Assembly (NCBI GenBank): GCA_965223845.1
Contig: CBDCXR010000004.1
Span: 4,736,001-4,800,000, forward strand
Reading direction: 5' to 3'
DNA length: 64,000 nucleotides
Source: Planctomycetota bacterium
GTDB taxonomy: Bacteria > Planctomycetota > UBA8108 > SXIK01
In this document: positions 47,067 to 56,420 of the stretch, piece after piece
Layout of the letters: the number at the start of each line of letters is the position of its first letter
Position numbering within the stretch: the stretch's first letter is position 1
Made by a program: the position numbers and the translations under genes
Notes under the pieces: generated by a model
Databases searched by the model: none
What the model saw: the letters and a program-made list of their open reading frames with translations, nothing else
What the model was told of the DNA's origin: nothing

Positions 47067-50000
47067 TCACTCGCAGACGTCGGGACACCCGACGACGGGA
47101 CGACAGCTCACCCCGCCGTTCGGCGGCGGCCCGTTCGTGAACAGGTAGTTGAGGAGATAGACGACGTCGGAGACGTCGACGCCGTCGTCGCCGTTCACGT
47201 CGAGGACGGCGCGGTTCCCCTCGCCCGCGAAGTCGTCCGTCTCGCAGGGGAACACTCCCACGTTTCCGAAGAGCCGCCGGAGCAGCGCGAGTCCGTCGGA
47301 CACGTCGAGGCGAGCGTCCTGATTCGCGTCGCCGGTCCGCTGGAAGCCGGAAGGCGGCGGCGGGTCCCCCTCTCCGGATCCGGGAGTTCCGTCGACGACG
47401 CCTCCGATCATCCAGCTCGCCGCGTCGTTCCACGAGTCGGGCGCAGCACCGAGATCACGGATGACGAGCGAGCTGCCCGCACCGTCCGTCTCCGGGTACC
47501 AGTCGTCGCGATAGGCGAACTGAAGAATGGGCTCGCCGATACCATCGATGAGGAGGATGGATTCACCCCCGTTGTCGAGACTGCCGGTGTACGACCCCGC
47601 GACGAGGATCGTCGACGTGTCGTAGAACCAAGAGAACGCCTCGAGATCGCGCACCACCACGAGGAACTCGCCCGCGCCGAGGCGGTCGACATCGCCCGTC
47701 GTGAAATCGAAGAAGATCCCCCCGGCGAATTCGACGCCCGCGAGATCGACGGGAACGTTGCCGATGTTGACGATCTCGATGAACTCGAGCTGACCGCCGG
47801 CGTACGGGCTTCCCCCGGGGAGATCCTGCGGATGGTAGTGAACCTCCGAGATGCGAAGCGGTAGATCGGACTCGAGGACGAAGACTTCGTCCGTCGGTGC
47901 GCTCCACTCGCCGCCGCTCTCCGCGCGCGCGATCACGTGCGTGGCTTCGCCGAGGATCACGGCATCCCCCTCGAACGCGGTCGACGCGACGAGGACTGGC
48001 TCGATGAGAAAATCGCTGCTCCCGATGCTCTCGTTGAGGCCGTGGATCGCGAGGACGTTGCCGCCGTCCCGCAGCGCGGCGACGCCGTCGGAAGCGTTCA
48101 AGGACTCGAACTGAACCGCGGCCGAGTCGTCGTGAAGCCCGGTCGCGGACGAATTCCAGGCGAGCAGTGCCGGCGAGTTGGCCGACGCGACGCGCGTGCC
48201 GTTGATGTACGCAACGAAGCCGTCGTCGTAGCGCATGCGAAGCGTCAGGTTCTCGACGGCGTCGGCGTCCGCGACCTCGAACGGAATCCGGACATAGACG
48301 GTCGGATTGACGTCGTCCATGACCGCCTCGACGTCGACGTCGATGTAGCTCTCGTATCCGGAACCCGTCTCGTAGCCAACGCCGACCCCGGTTGTACCGA
48401 CGTCCCAGCCGGAGTCGTCGAACGCGAACTCGGTCCACGTCGTCCCGAGGGTTCCGTTCGCGGGAACTAGAACGCGAACCTCGCTCGAAGCGGCCGAGGA
48501 AACGAGCGTCGTTCCCGCGGCCGAGCCGTACTCGATCGCCGCTGGCGATACATCGCCCCCGGAAAGTCGCGGATCGGATCCATCGAGGGTGTAGTAGATC
48601 GTGCCCACGGTGGCGTTCATGCGGAGCTCGAACCCAGGCGCGATCAGCCCACCGTCCTGATTGAACGTCGGCGCACCGAGAAAGTTACTGTCGATCCACC
48701 GGACACGCCCGTCGATCCAACCCTTCATCCAGTCGATCTCTTCGGCGTGGGTGTCCGCGACGTACCAGTTGGGCCAGACATCGACACCGAGAATGGCCCA
48801 GCGATCGAAATTTCGCACTTGCGATTCGGCGATGTCGGCGTTGTGGTCGTCGACGTCATCGAGAAGACGGTCCGTCCGGAAAGGCCCCCGCCGCAGCTCC
48901 GCCCAGCGATCGGTGTAGCGTTGGCGGAAGTTCGCGTCTTGAAAGAGCCGCGGGTACCACGGGTAGGCGTCGGCGCCGAGGAGCGAGTAGTACCAACCCG
49001 AAGTGATCCAGCCGTTGTTGTAGTCGGCGTTCCCGAGCGAGAGGTTGTAATCCCACGCCGGTCCCATCTTGATCCGATCGTCGCGGTCCTTGTAGTAGAA
49101 CGAGCTCAGGCGGTAGCCGTCGATGTTCTTTGTGAGCTCGACGAGGATGTGCGTGTCGATGAAGGAGTCCGGGTCGATGTACCTCGCGTAGCCGAGGTTC
49201 GGATCGGCAAAGTTACCGCCGCCCAGCGCTGATTCGAACGTGTTCAGGTGGCTGCGAAGCCAATCGGCCTGAGCCGAGGTGATCTCCTGCTCCTTCGGAT
49301 CGACGTAGGCGAGACGCTGCCCACTCGACGTCGTGAAGCCGCTGTCCCCGGGGTCGAGCCGGTCCTTCTTGAAGATGTAGCCGCCGGTGATCTCCGGGTT
49401 GCTGTTTTGCGTCGGGAGGAGCCTCTGGATCGCGACGCGTTCGTCATCGCGCTTGATCTTCTCCATGAGGACGTAGACGCCGATATAGTCGCCCGTCGCA
49501 ATCGACCCGCCGCCCGTATTCAGGTACGCCTCGACGAACCGCGTCCGCACGGTGTAGTGCCCCATCTTTCCGAACCACTCGTAGGAAAGAACGTTTCGCA
49601 TGAGCGACTTGTCGGAGTACGGCGCGTAGAGGATCCAATCGGACTCGCGGGGCATGCCGAGGAGCGAGACGGCGCGATCGTTGCTCGCGTCGTCCCAGAC
49701 TTCGAACGTCCATTGTTTCTTCGGAAATCCCGACGAGCTCGAGCCGCGCTGCTTCATTCCCGCGGCGCCTTGAAAGTGGGGTTCGGCGAGCATTTCCGCG
49801 CGCCCCGTCACTTCGTCCGTGTCGATGATCGCGGCGAAGACGGCGGTCTGCGCTCCGCTGCCGATGCCTTGACCGAACGTCTCGATGACGACGAGAGGAA
49901 GGTCTGAATCGAATCCGCCGAGCGTGCTCGACACGCGGAGGTACGTCTTCGTGATCGTCGGGCTCGGAAGGAGTCCGTCCTCGAACACCTTCACCTTGAG

Positions 50001-51968
50001 GATCGTCGAATTCGTGAACGTGAGCGGCGACGTGAACTCCGCCGAGCCCTCGGTCGGCTCCGAGCGGTTCGTCGTGTAGCGAATCACCGCGTCCGGCGAA
50101 AGGACGCTCATGTCGACCGCGACGCTCGTCGTGAACGCTCCGCCGGGATGGGAGAAGATCGGTAGTTCGGCGAAGCCCGGCACCCCGCCGTGGTTCGGCT
50201 CTCCGGGAGTCGGCTCCTCGAAGTAGCGCCGGTCGTTCGGATCGATCGAGCCCGTCTCGATCCCTTCGAGCTCGGGTACGATCAAGAAATCGCCGTCTCC
50301 CGCCGTGCGATTGAGTCCGTGGATGGCGAGGACGTTGTCGCCGTCGACGAGCTCGTCGAGCGCACCCGCGAGGGAGATCTCCTCGCTCTCGATTTCGGTG
50401 CTGACGGCCGAGGAGTACCGCACGTCGATGTTGTCGAGGTCGAGCGAAATGAATGCACCTCCCGTTCGCCCGCCGAACGCCACGCGGTTCTCGAATGCGG
50501 TCATTCCGCCGACGCGCACCTCGTCGAAGACGAGGACGGCAGGCTCCGGGGTGCCGAGGCTGTCCTCGATGAGGCGAACCGTGACGAGCGAGCCGGCTCC
50601 GTCTTCCCGGATCTCGACCTCGCAGCGGTTGAAGACGCCGTTGTTGAGCTGAAACGCAGAGACGAGCCGCGACGCGACCGTCACCCCGTTCCAATTGAGC
50701 GTCATCGTGTTCTCGTTTCCCGAACCGTCGAAGATATCGAACCCGATACTGAACACGCTCGGGAACACTGGCCGCTCCCAGACGACGTTGCCGCTCGCGG
50801 GTCCCGGCCCGCTGTTCCCGTAGACGGCCGTATCGCAGAGGGCGAAGCCGAACCCGTCGGCTCGTTCGCCGCAGCAACCCGTATGGCTCGCCTCGGTCGG
50901 CATGCGAAAATCGAAGCTCGCGTCGATCGCCCGCGCCTCGCCGAAGGAACGCGCGAAGCCGATCGTGTTCGTCAGGCTGCCGACGCCGTCTGCGAGCAGC
51001 TCGAGATAGCTTCCGGTCGGACCGCCCGCAAGCACTCGGGGCGCGGTGTTGCTTCCGTGGACGGTCAGGACGTACGGCGAATCGCCGCCACCGCTAAAGA
51101 TCGCCGACGTACTGCCGGTTTCCGGCTGACCGTGCGTCGCGGTCGCGGCCGAGTTCCACTGCGGTGTCGACGGCGCGTTCCGCCGCGCGACCTCCGTTCC
51201 GTTGAGGTAAGCGACGAAGCCGTCGTCGTAACGAATCCGGAGACGAAGATCGTCGAAGCGCGAGGGCGACGTCACGGCGAAGGGAAAGCGAACGTACGCC
51301 GACGCGTTCCCATCGTGCATCGCGCCTTCGAGATCGAGTCCGATGAGGTCGTCGTAGTCGGTTCCGAGGTCGAATCCGACTCCGCTCACACCGCTCGTCC
51401 ACGCACCGTCGCCGAATCCCGCAGTCGTCCACACCGCGCCGATGGGTCCGGTCGGCACGATCGCACGCGCTGGAGCATCGACCCCGACGAGAGTGGTTAC
51501 CTCGCGACCGCGTTCGATGCCGTAGGAGAGATCCGCAAACTGAAGCGGATAGAGCGGCGCGAACTCGGACGCCACCGTGAGGCCGTCTGGCTCGACGAGC
51601 GCGAGGTACTCGCCCTCTCCCGTGAGTTTGAAGTTCGTGTGGAGCTCCTCGAAGGGATCGCGGCGATCGTTTCCGCTCGCGAAGACGACGAGGTGCTCGC
51701 CCGGCTCGAGATCGATCGAGGGAAAGCGCCACTTCGTGAGCTCGGTCGGATCGTCGGTGAGGTACCAACCGTCGAGAGCGACCGTCGATGACGACGTCGC
51801 CAGAACTTCGATCCAGTCGGTCGGAGCGCCATCGGAGTCGAGAACGACGCCGTCGTTGATCGCCATGAACTCCGAGATCACGACCTCTTGTCCGCGCGCC
51901 GTCGAGGCGGCGAAAAACAGACCGAACGACACCACAGCCACCGCTGAGCGGACTCGCGGATGCATCAT
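47067..51968 (-). CDS. Secreted multidomain CotH-kinase protein (lamin-tail domains, galactose-binding-like domains, inserted L-type-lectin-like domain, C-terminal dockerin)
   Basis: VVISEFMA.ND..DWIE and ISEVHYHP..EFIEI (LTD); RGSSS..FPKK, DKSLMRN, NIDGY..S, GPAWDYN (CotH); FQRTGDANQD...DVNGDD (dockerin). Start ATG 51968 inferred from the signal peptide. Confidence 0.85.
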   Translation of the reverse strand: MMHPRVRSAVAVVSFGLFFAASTARGQEVVISEFMAINDGVVLDSDGAPTDWIEVLATSSSTVALDGWYLTDDPTELTKWRFPSIDLEPGEHLVVFASGNDRRDPFEELHTNFKLTGEGEYLALVEPDGLTVASEFAPLYPLQFADLSYGIERGREVTTLVGVDAPARAIVPTGPIGAVWTTAGFGDGAWTSGVSGVGFDLGTDYDDLIGLDLEGAMHDGNASAYVRFPFAVTSPSRFDDLRLRIRYDDGFVAYLNGTEVARRNAPSTPQWNSAATATHGQPETGSTSAIFSGGGDSPYVLTVHGSNTAPRVLAGGPTGSYLELLADGVGSLTNTIGFARSFGEARAIDASFDFRMPTEASHTGCCGERADGFGFALCDTAVYGNSGPGPASGNVVWERPVFPSVFSIGFDIFDGSGNENTMTLNWNGVTVASRLVSAFQLNNGVFNRCEVEIREDGAGSLVTVRLIEDSLGTPEPAVLVFDEVRVGGMTAFENRVAFGGRTGGAFISLDLDNIDVRYSSAVSTEIESEEISLAGALDELVDGDNVLAIHGLNRTAGDGDFLIVPELEGIETGSIDPNDRRYFEEPTPGEPNHGGVPGFAELPIFSHPGGAFTTSVAVDMSVLSPDAVIRYTTNRSEPTEGSAEFTSPLTFTNSTILKVKVFEDGLLPSPTITKTYLRVSSTLGGFDSDLPLVVIETFGQGIGSGAQTAVFAAIIDTDEVTGRAEMLAEPHFQGAAGMKQRGSSSSGFPKKQWTFEVWDDASNDRAVSLLGMPRESDWILYAPYSDKSLMRNVLSYEWFGKMGHYTVRTRFVEAYLNTGGGSIATGDYIGVYVLMEKIKRDDERVAIQRLLPTQNSNPEITGGYIFKKDRLDPGDSGFTTSSGQRLAYVDPKEQEITSAQADWLRSHLNTFESALGGGNFADPNLGYARYIDPDSFIDTHILVELTKNIDGYRLSSFYYKDRDDRIKMGPAWDYNLSLGNADYNNGWITSGWYYSLLGADAYPWYPRLFQDANFRQRYTDRWAELRRGPFRTDRLLDDVDDHNADIAESQVRNFDRWAILGVDVWPNWYVADTHAEEIDWMKGWIDGRVRWIDSNFLGAPTFNQDGGLIAPGFELRMNATVGTIYYTLDGSDPRLSGGDVSPAAIEYGSAAGTTLVSSAASSEVRVLVPANGTLGTTWTEFAFDDSGWDVGTTGVGVGYETGSGYESYIDVDVEAVMDDVNPTVYVRIPFEVADADAVENLTLRMRYDDGFVAYINGTRVASANSPALLAWNSSATGLHDDSAAVQFESLNASDGVAALRDGGNVLAIHGLNESIGSSDFLIEPVLVASTAFEGDAVILGEATHVIARAESGGEWSAPTDEVFVLESDLPLRISEVHYHPQDLPGGSPYAGGQLEFIEIVNIGNVPVDLAGVEFAGGIFFDFTTGDVDRLGAGEFLVVVRDLEAFSWFYDTSTILVAGSYTGSLDNGGESILLIDGIGEPILQFAYRDDWYPETDGAGSSLVIRDLGAAPDSWNDAASWMIGGVVDGTPGSGEGDPPPPSGFQRTGDANQDARLDVSDGLALLRRLFGNVGVFPCETDDFAGEGNRAVLDVNGDDGVDVSDVVYLLNYLFTNGPPPNGGVSCRPVVGCPDVCE

Positions 51969-52174
51969 CGTGCTCTCGAGGAAAATGTTGCGTAAAGAGC
52001 CGCGTTTCGCACGAGCTCGGGTCGACCCGAACGCCATTCTATCCGCGGGTTCGGCGCCGATTCTACGACGGCACGGGAGATGCGCAGGGGGTGCGCCAAC
52101 GCGCGGACGAACGAGCGACGCTCAGCGGACTCGTCCGCGGCACGGCGATGTACGCCGAATCTCCGGTTAGGAGC

Positions 52175-52504
52175 TCAACCGTCGGCCGGAAGGTGATAGG
52201 CGGCGTGGGCGAGCGTCGCCGCGACGACGACACTGAGCGCAAGGAGCATGCCCGATGGCATGAACTTCCGCGAGCTCATGAATCGACCGGCGAAGACGAT
52301 GCAAAGGAGCACGCTCACTCCGGTGCCGCACCAGAGTCCGGCGCGCAGATCGAGGAACGTCACGCCGAGCGAAGCGAAGAGCAGAAACGCGCTGATCGTA
52401 CCGGCGATGAGGGACGGCTTCGATCGGGCGAGGCGAAACCCGAGGAACCCGCCGAGCTCGACGATGCATGCGAAAACGATGAGTACGATTTGTCCGTAGT
52501 GCAT
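52175..52504 (-). CDS. TMEM14-family small membrane protein
   Basis: LGGFLGF...SKPSLIAG...RF..SRKFMPSG. Confidence 0.8.
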   Translation of the reverse strand: MHYGQIVLIVFACIVELGGFLGFRLARSKPSLIAGTISAFLLFASLGVTFLDLRAGLWCGTGVSVLLCIVFAGRFMSSRKFMPSGMLLALSVVVAATLAHAAYHLPADG

Positions 52505-52695
52505 GGCGGTCGTGATAGCACGCTGCGGCGCGAGGCACAACGGGGCTGAGCCCGAAGACGAGCCCGATCGCTGACGCGTCGCGTCAATCCGCGAGGCGCC
52601 GCTGGAATGCGCGCTTTACATCCCGTCCGCGACGGATGGCTCACGCGGTCACAAGGGTTAGATACGAAAGGACTTAAAGAATCCGTGGGCCGCCG

Positions 52696-52711
52696 TGGCC
52701 ACGCGTTTGCG
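52696..52711 (+). promoter_or_regulatory. Sigma54 (-24/-12) promoter
   Basis: TGGCCACGCGTTTGCG = TGG-N10-GC with TTGC, ~85 nt upstream of ATG 52795; AT-rich IHF-like stretch at 52651-52680. Confidence 0.68.
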
Positions 52712-52794
52712 TTAACGGACCTCGGGACGTTGCGCCGCTCCACGGAGTTGCCGGCGCTGAGCCGTGCCCCCAGGACTCCGTCACGAGGACTTCG

Positions 52795-55700
52795 ATGAAA
52801 CCGACCAGCAAGCTCGCGTTGGCGCTCCTCCTCGCACTCACAACCCGAGTCGACGCCACCCACCCTGTCTCCGAAGAACCGGTCCGGTGTGCCGTCGATG
52901 GCGCCCAGGTGAAACTGACCTGGGAGCGGATGCACTTCTTCGCACCGATCGAAGGCTACGTGATCGCACGCGACAATCAGCCGATCGGGAAGGCCGCGCC
53001 GGATAGTTTCACGTGGACGGACGAAAGCGCCCCCGACGGCGAACACGTCTACACCGTGACCGCGATCAACTTCGACGGCTCGCCGATCGACATCGGAAGC
53101 TGCACGGCCGTCGTCGGCGACTTCGGGATTGGGTGTCGGGTCGAAGAGACGACGGTTCACCTGAAATGGGGACCGATCCTCATCGATATCGCGTTTTCGC
53201 ATTTCTCGATCGCGCGAGACGGCGAGATCATCGCTCGAGTCGATCGCGACGAGCTCGAGTTCGCCGATCGAGACGTCCCTCCCGGCCGCCACCGCTACGT
53301 GGTTCGCATGGTGATCGACGACGCGCACTCGATCGTCCTCGGCGCCTGCACGGTGCGCGTCCAGCGAACCGGGTTTCTCTGCCGCGTCGACGGTGCGCGG
53401 GTCACCGTCGATTGGTCGCGCGTGCCGCTGCCTGAGATCCCGATCGAGTTCTTTCTCGTCGTCCGAAACGGGGAACGGATCGCGCGAACGCGCGAACACT
53501 CATTCACCGATGAACCCGGCCCGGGGGAGCACCGGTACGCGGTCTGGGCGATCCTCACGAGCGACGAACCCGCGAATCTCGCGCACGACGGCGTGCTCGC
53601 GTTCCTCGTTGGGGATTGTAGGGTCGCGGTCGGGGACGACCGTGTGCCACCGCCCGAAGAGCTCACCTGCGTCGACCTCGACGCAGCTCGCGACGTTTCC
53701 CCCGCTCTCGACGAGGTCGATTTTCTTCGCGCACACGACGTACTACTCGTGTGGCAGAAACCGGTCGACTACGACCACGTAATCATCGCGCGGAACGGCG
53801 CGATCGTCGCCCGCATCGACGGCGATCAGTTCTACTACGTCGACCGCAACGTCCCGGCCGGCGAGTATCTGTACTCCGTCTCCGGCGTCGTCGGCGACCG
53901 GATCAGCGCGCCCGCCGAGTGTACGGTCGTTTTGCCGCGGCCGCCGCTTCCGCCGCCCGTGAATCTGCGCTGCCGCTTCGTTTCGACGCGCCCGGTCGAC
54001 GCGGCCGACGTGACCGCACCGGGTTTCGTCCGACTCGACTGGGAGAACGGAGCGCGCTACGACGCGGTCGTGATCGTTCACAACGGGAGGAAGCTCGCCG
54101 TTCTGCCGGGCGACGCCGCCCGTTTCGATCACACGGCGCCACCTCCCGGAGTCAATCGCTATCGCGTGTTCGGAGTACGCGGTCTGCGGCGAAGCGAAGC
54201 CGCCGAGTGCGCCGCGGACGTTCCGATCGGGACGGTACCGCCGGTCGAGAATCTCGCCTGCGTCCTCGTCGTCCACGTCGACGTTCCGCTCGCGATCGAC
54301 GCGGTAGCCAACGAAGACGCGGTGGACGGCGGTGGTATTCTTCCCGCGCCACCGACGGTCTTCATCCGCTGGGATCTTCCGGCGATCGGCGATCGCCAGG
54401 TCGAGTACGACCGGATTCTCATCTCGCGGGGAGCGATGCTGATCGCGACGCTGCCCGGTAACGCGAGCAGCTATCACGACCGACCGCCGCTCGGTCCGAC
54501 GAAGGTCGAGTACTCCGTAGTGGGCGTGATCGGCGATCGAAGGAGTGCGCCCGAGTCGTGCGTCGTCGACCTGCCACCGATCGATCTCCCGCCGCCGCAG
54601 AACCTCGTGTGCAACGTCGTCGCGGTGCGCGACGATCGGCCGTCCGTCGTCGTCGGACTCAAGTGGGAGAACATCGTCGAGTACGAGGCGATCGTCGTGG
54701 AACGCAACGGCGAACCACTCGCGAAGCTCCACGGTGACGCGATGGTGTACACCGACATCTCTCCGCCGGCCGGAGTGCACCACTACGCGGTCTACGGCAT
54801 CGACACCGAGGGCCGGAGGAGTCGGCGCGCGCGCTGCGAGGTGGAGGTCCCGGCGATCCCCGTCCCGCCCGTCGCCGAACTCGAGTGCTTCGCGCTCGCT
54901 ACCGATATCGCGGGACCGGTCGCGATCCTGCGCTGGTCGAACGCCGGCGACTACGACCGCCTGCTCATCCTCCGCAACGGCGAGCTCGCCGACACGCTTC
55001 CGGGCGACGCCGAGATGTTCCAGGACTTCGGTCTCGAGCCGGGCGTTCACCACTACGCCGTCGTGGCGATCGTCGGCGACCGCCGCAGTGCGCCGGCGGA
55101 GTGCCGCGTCGTCATTCCCGGTCCGCCGCCCGATCACCTCTACTTCTCGAGCGGTGTATTCGTCCCTGTCGACGAAGAGCCGAAAGACGAGCTTGCGGCC
55201 GTCGCGCCGATGCTGATCCCGGGTCAGATCACCGCTCTCGCGAGCCACGGTCGCCCCCTTCAGGGATGGTCGTTCGGCGTCTGCTCAGACCCGTCCGTCC
55301 TCGTTCCCGCCGAGGCCGGGATCGACGGAACGACCGCCGGCGCGCTAAACGGCGGCGAAGGCCCGCAATTCCTTCACATCGAAACGTCCACTCGCGGCGT
55401 CGTGATGGCGGCGATGGTTCACCACGAGCTCGAAACGACGCTGCCGGTCGCGTCGAATGACAGCCTTCTTCGCATCCGCTACGCGAAGGGTCCCGACGCA
55501 GAGTGCTGCACGCCGTATCCGGTCCGTTACTGCAACCGGCTCGGCGACCCTGCGGTCGACGTCCTCTTCGTCGTCGAGGGATTCGAGGTGCGACCCGAAA
55601 CGAGCCCGGGCTCGGTGTTCTTCGCCGGGAACTCTCGCCCCGGATTCATCCGCGGCGACTCGAACGGCGACGGAAGCACGGACGTGAGCGATCCGATGTT

Positions 55701-55917
55701 CTCACTCAATTACCTCTTCGTCGACGGCAAGGAGCCGCCGTGCCGTGAGGCGGCCGACGCGAACGGAAGCGGCGACCTCAACATCGCCGACCCCATCTAT
55801 CACCTGCAGCATCTCTTCGACGACGGTCCGGCGCCGCCCGCACCCTATCCGGACTGCGGCATCGGACCCGCGCCATCGGGGTGCGAAGTCGGGACCTGTC
55901 CTGTGCTCGCACTCTAG
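52795..55917 (+). CDS. Secreted protein: 8 Cys-paired Fn3/Ig-like repeats + cohesin-like domain + C-terminal dockerin
   Basis: Signal peptide; repeats C...L.W....Y..I.I.RNG..IA.L.G....D....G.H.Y.V...C; LQGWSFGV cohesin-like domain; FIRGDSNGD...DANGSG dockerin. Confidence 0.82.
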   Translation: MKPTSKLALALLLALTTRVDATHPVSEEPVRCAVDGAQVKLTWERMHFFAPIEGYVIARDNQPIGKAAPDSFTWTDESAPDGEHVYTVTAINFDGSPIDIGSCTAVVGDFGIGCRVEETTVHLKWGPILIDIAFSHFSIARDGEIIARVDRDELEFADRDVPPGRHRYVVRMVIDDAHSIVLGACTVRVQRTGFLCRVDGARVTVDWSRVPLPEIPIEFFLVVRNGERIARTREHSFTDEPGPGEHRYAVWAILTSDEPANLAHDGVLAFLVGDCRVAVGDDRVPPPEELTCVDLDAARDVSPALDEVDFLRAHDVLLVWQKPVDYDHVIIARNGAIVARIDGDQFYYVDRNVPAGEYLYSVSGVVGDRISAPAECTVVLPRPPLPPPVNLRCRFVSTRPVDAADVTAPGFVRLDWENGARYDAVVIVHNGRKLAVLPGDAARFDHTAPPPGVNRYRVFGVRGLRRSEAAECAADVPIGTVPPVENLACVLVVHVDVPLAIDAVANEDAVDGGGILPAPPTVFIRWDLPAIGDRQVEYDRILISRGAMLIATLPGNASSYHDRPPLGPTKVEYSVVGVIGDRRSAPESCVVDLPPIDLPPPQNLVCNVVAVRDDRPSVVVGLKWENIVEYEAIVVERNGEPLAKLHGDAMVYTDISPPAGVHHYAVYGIDTEGRRSRRARCEVEVPAIPVPPVAELECFALATDIAGPVAILRWSNAGDYDRLLILRNGELADTLPGDAEMFQDFGLEPGVHHYAVVAIVGDRRSAPAECRVVIPGPPPDHLYFSSGVFVPVDEEPKDELAAVAPMLIPGQITALASHGRPLQGWSFGVCSDPSVLVPAEAGIDGTTAGALNGGEGPQFLHIETSTRGVVMAAMVHHELETTLPVASNDSLLRIRYAKGPDAECCTPYPVRYCNRLGDPAVDVLFVVEGFEVRPETSPGSVFFAGNSRPGFIRGDSNGDGSTDVSDPMFSLNYLFVDGKEPPCREAADANGSGDLNIADPIYHLQHLFDDGPAPPAPYPDCGIGPAPSGCEVGTCPVLAL

Positions 55918-55964
55918 TCTTCGCGCGGAACCGAAGAATCGGTCCAGCGGAAACCCCAGACGAT

Positions 55965-56002
55965 CGGGCGTCGGCGTTCGCGTACGACGCCCGGTTTTTT
56001 TT
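55965..56002 (+). terminator. Rho-independent terminator
   Basis: CGGGCGTCG-gcgttcgcgta-CGACGCCCG followed by G and T8. Confidence 0.85.
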
Positions 56003-56420
56003 GTCCCGCGCTCTCGTTCGACGCGTGCTCGAGGAGTCCCTCGAGCCGAGAACGAGCTCTCTCGCAGCTCCGGCCGCTACGCTCCGGGTGGGACATCGAG
56101 CGGGATCGACGGCTCGACTTCGAGCTGAGCGCTTCCCGAGAGGGATTGGAACGAAGGAGCGTCGCAGCGAGTCCACCGGCGTCTATCGGACGACCACGAC
56201 CATCACCGGTGCCGATAAGCGCGATCGGGTAAAGAGTTCCCGAAGAAGACCGCGAAACGATGGAAGTCGCGGCGAGCGCCGTGGCATCGGCACCGCGCGA
56301 GTGCGGCGGGAAGTCCTCCGTACGTAATCCGTCCGGCATCCGCTCAACGAAGTAGTCTTACGGCCAGATTCGCGAACGCGGCGAAAGTCAAAAACCTCCT
56401 CGTCGTCAAGGAACGTTGAT

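Noticed and set aside
52082-52098. Sigma54-like TGGCGCACCCCCTGC upstream of the CotH gene
   Set aside because: It lacks the TT before GC, and GG-N10-GC is frequent at this GC content; TAGAAT -10-like boxes nearby suggest sigma70.
56282-56296. Sigma54-like TGGCATCGGCACCGC upstream of the MCP
   Set aside because: The -12 element is poor (CCGC instead of TTGC).
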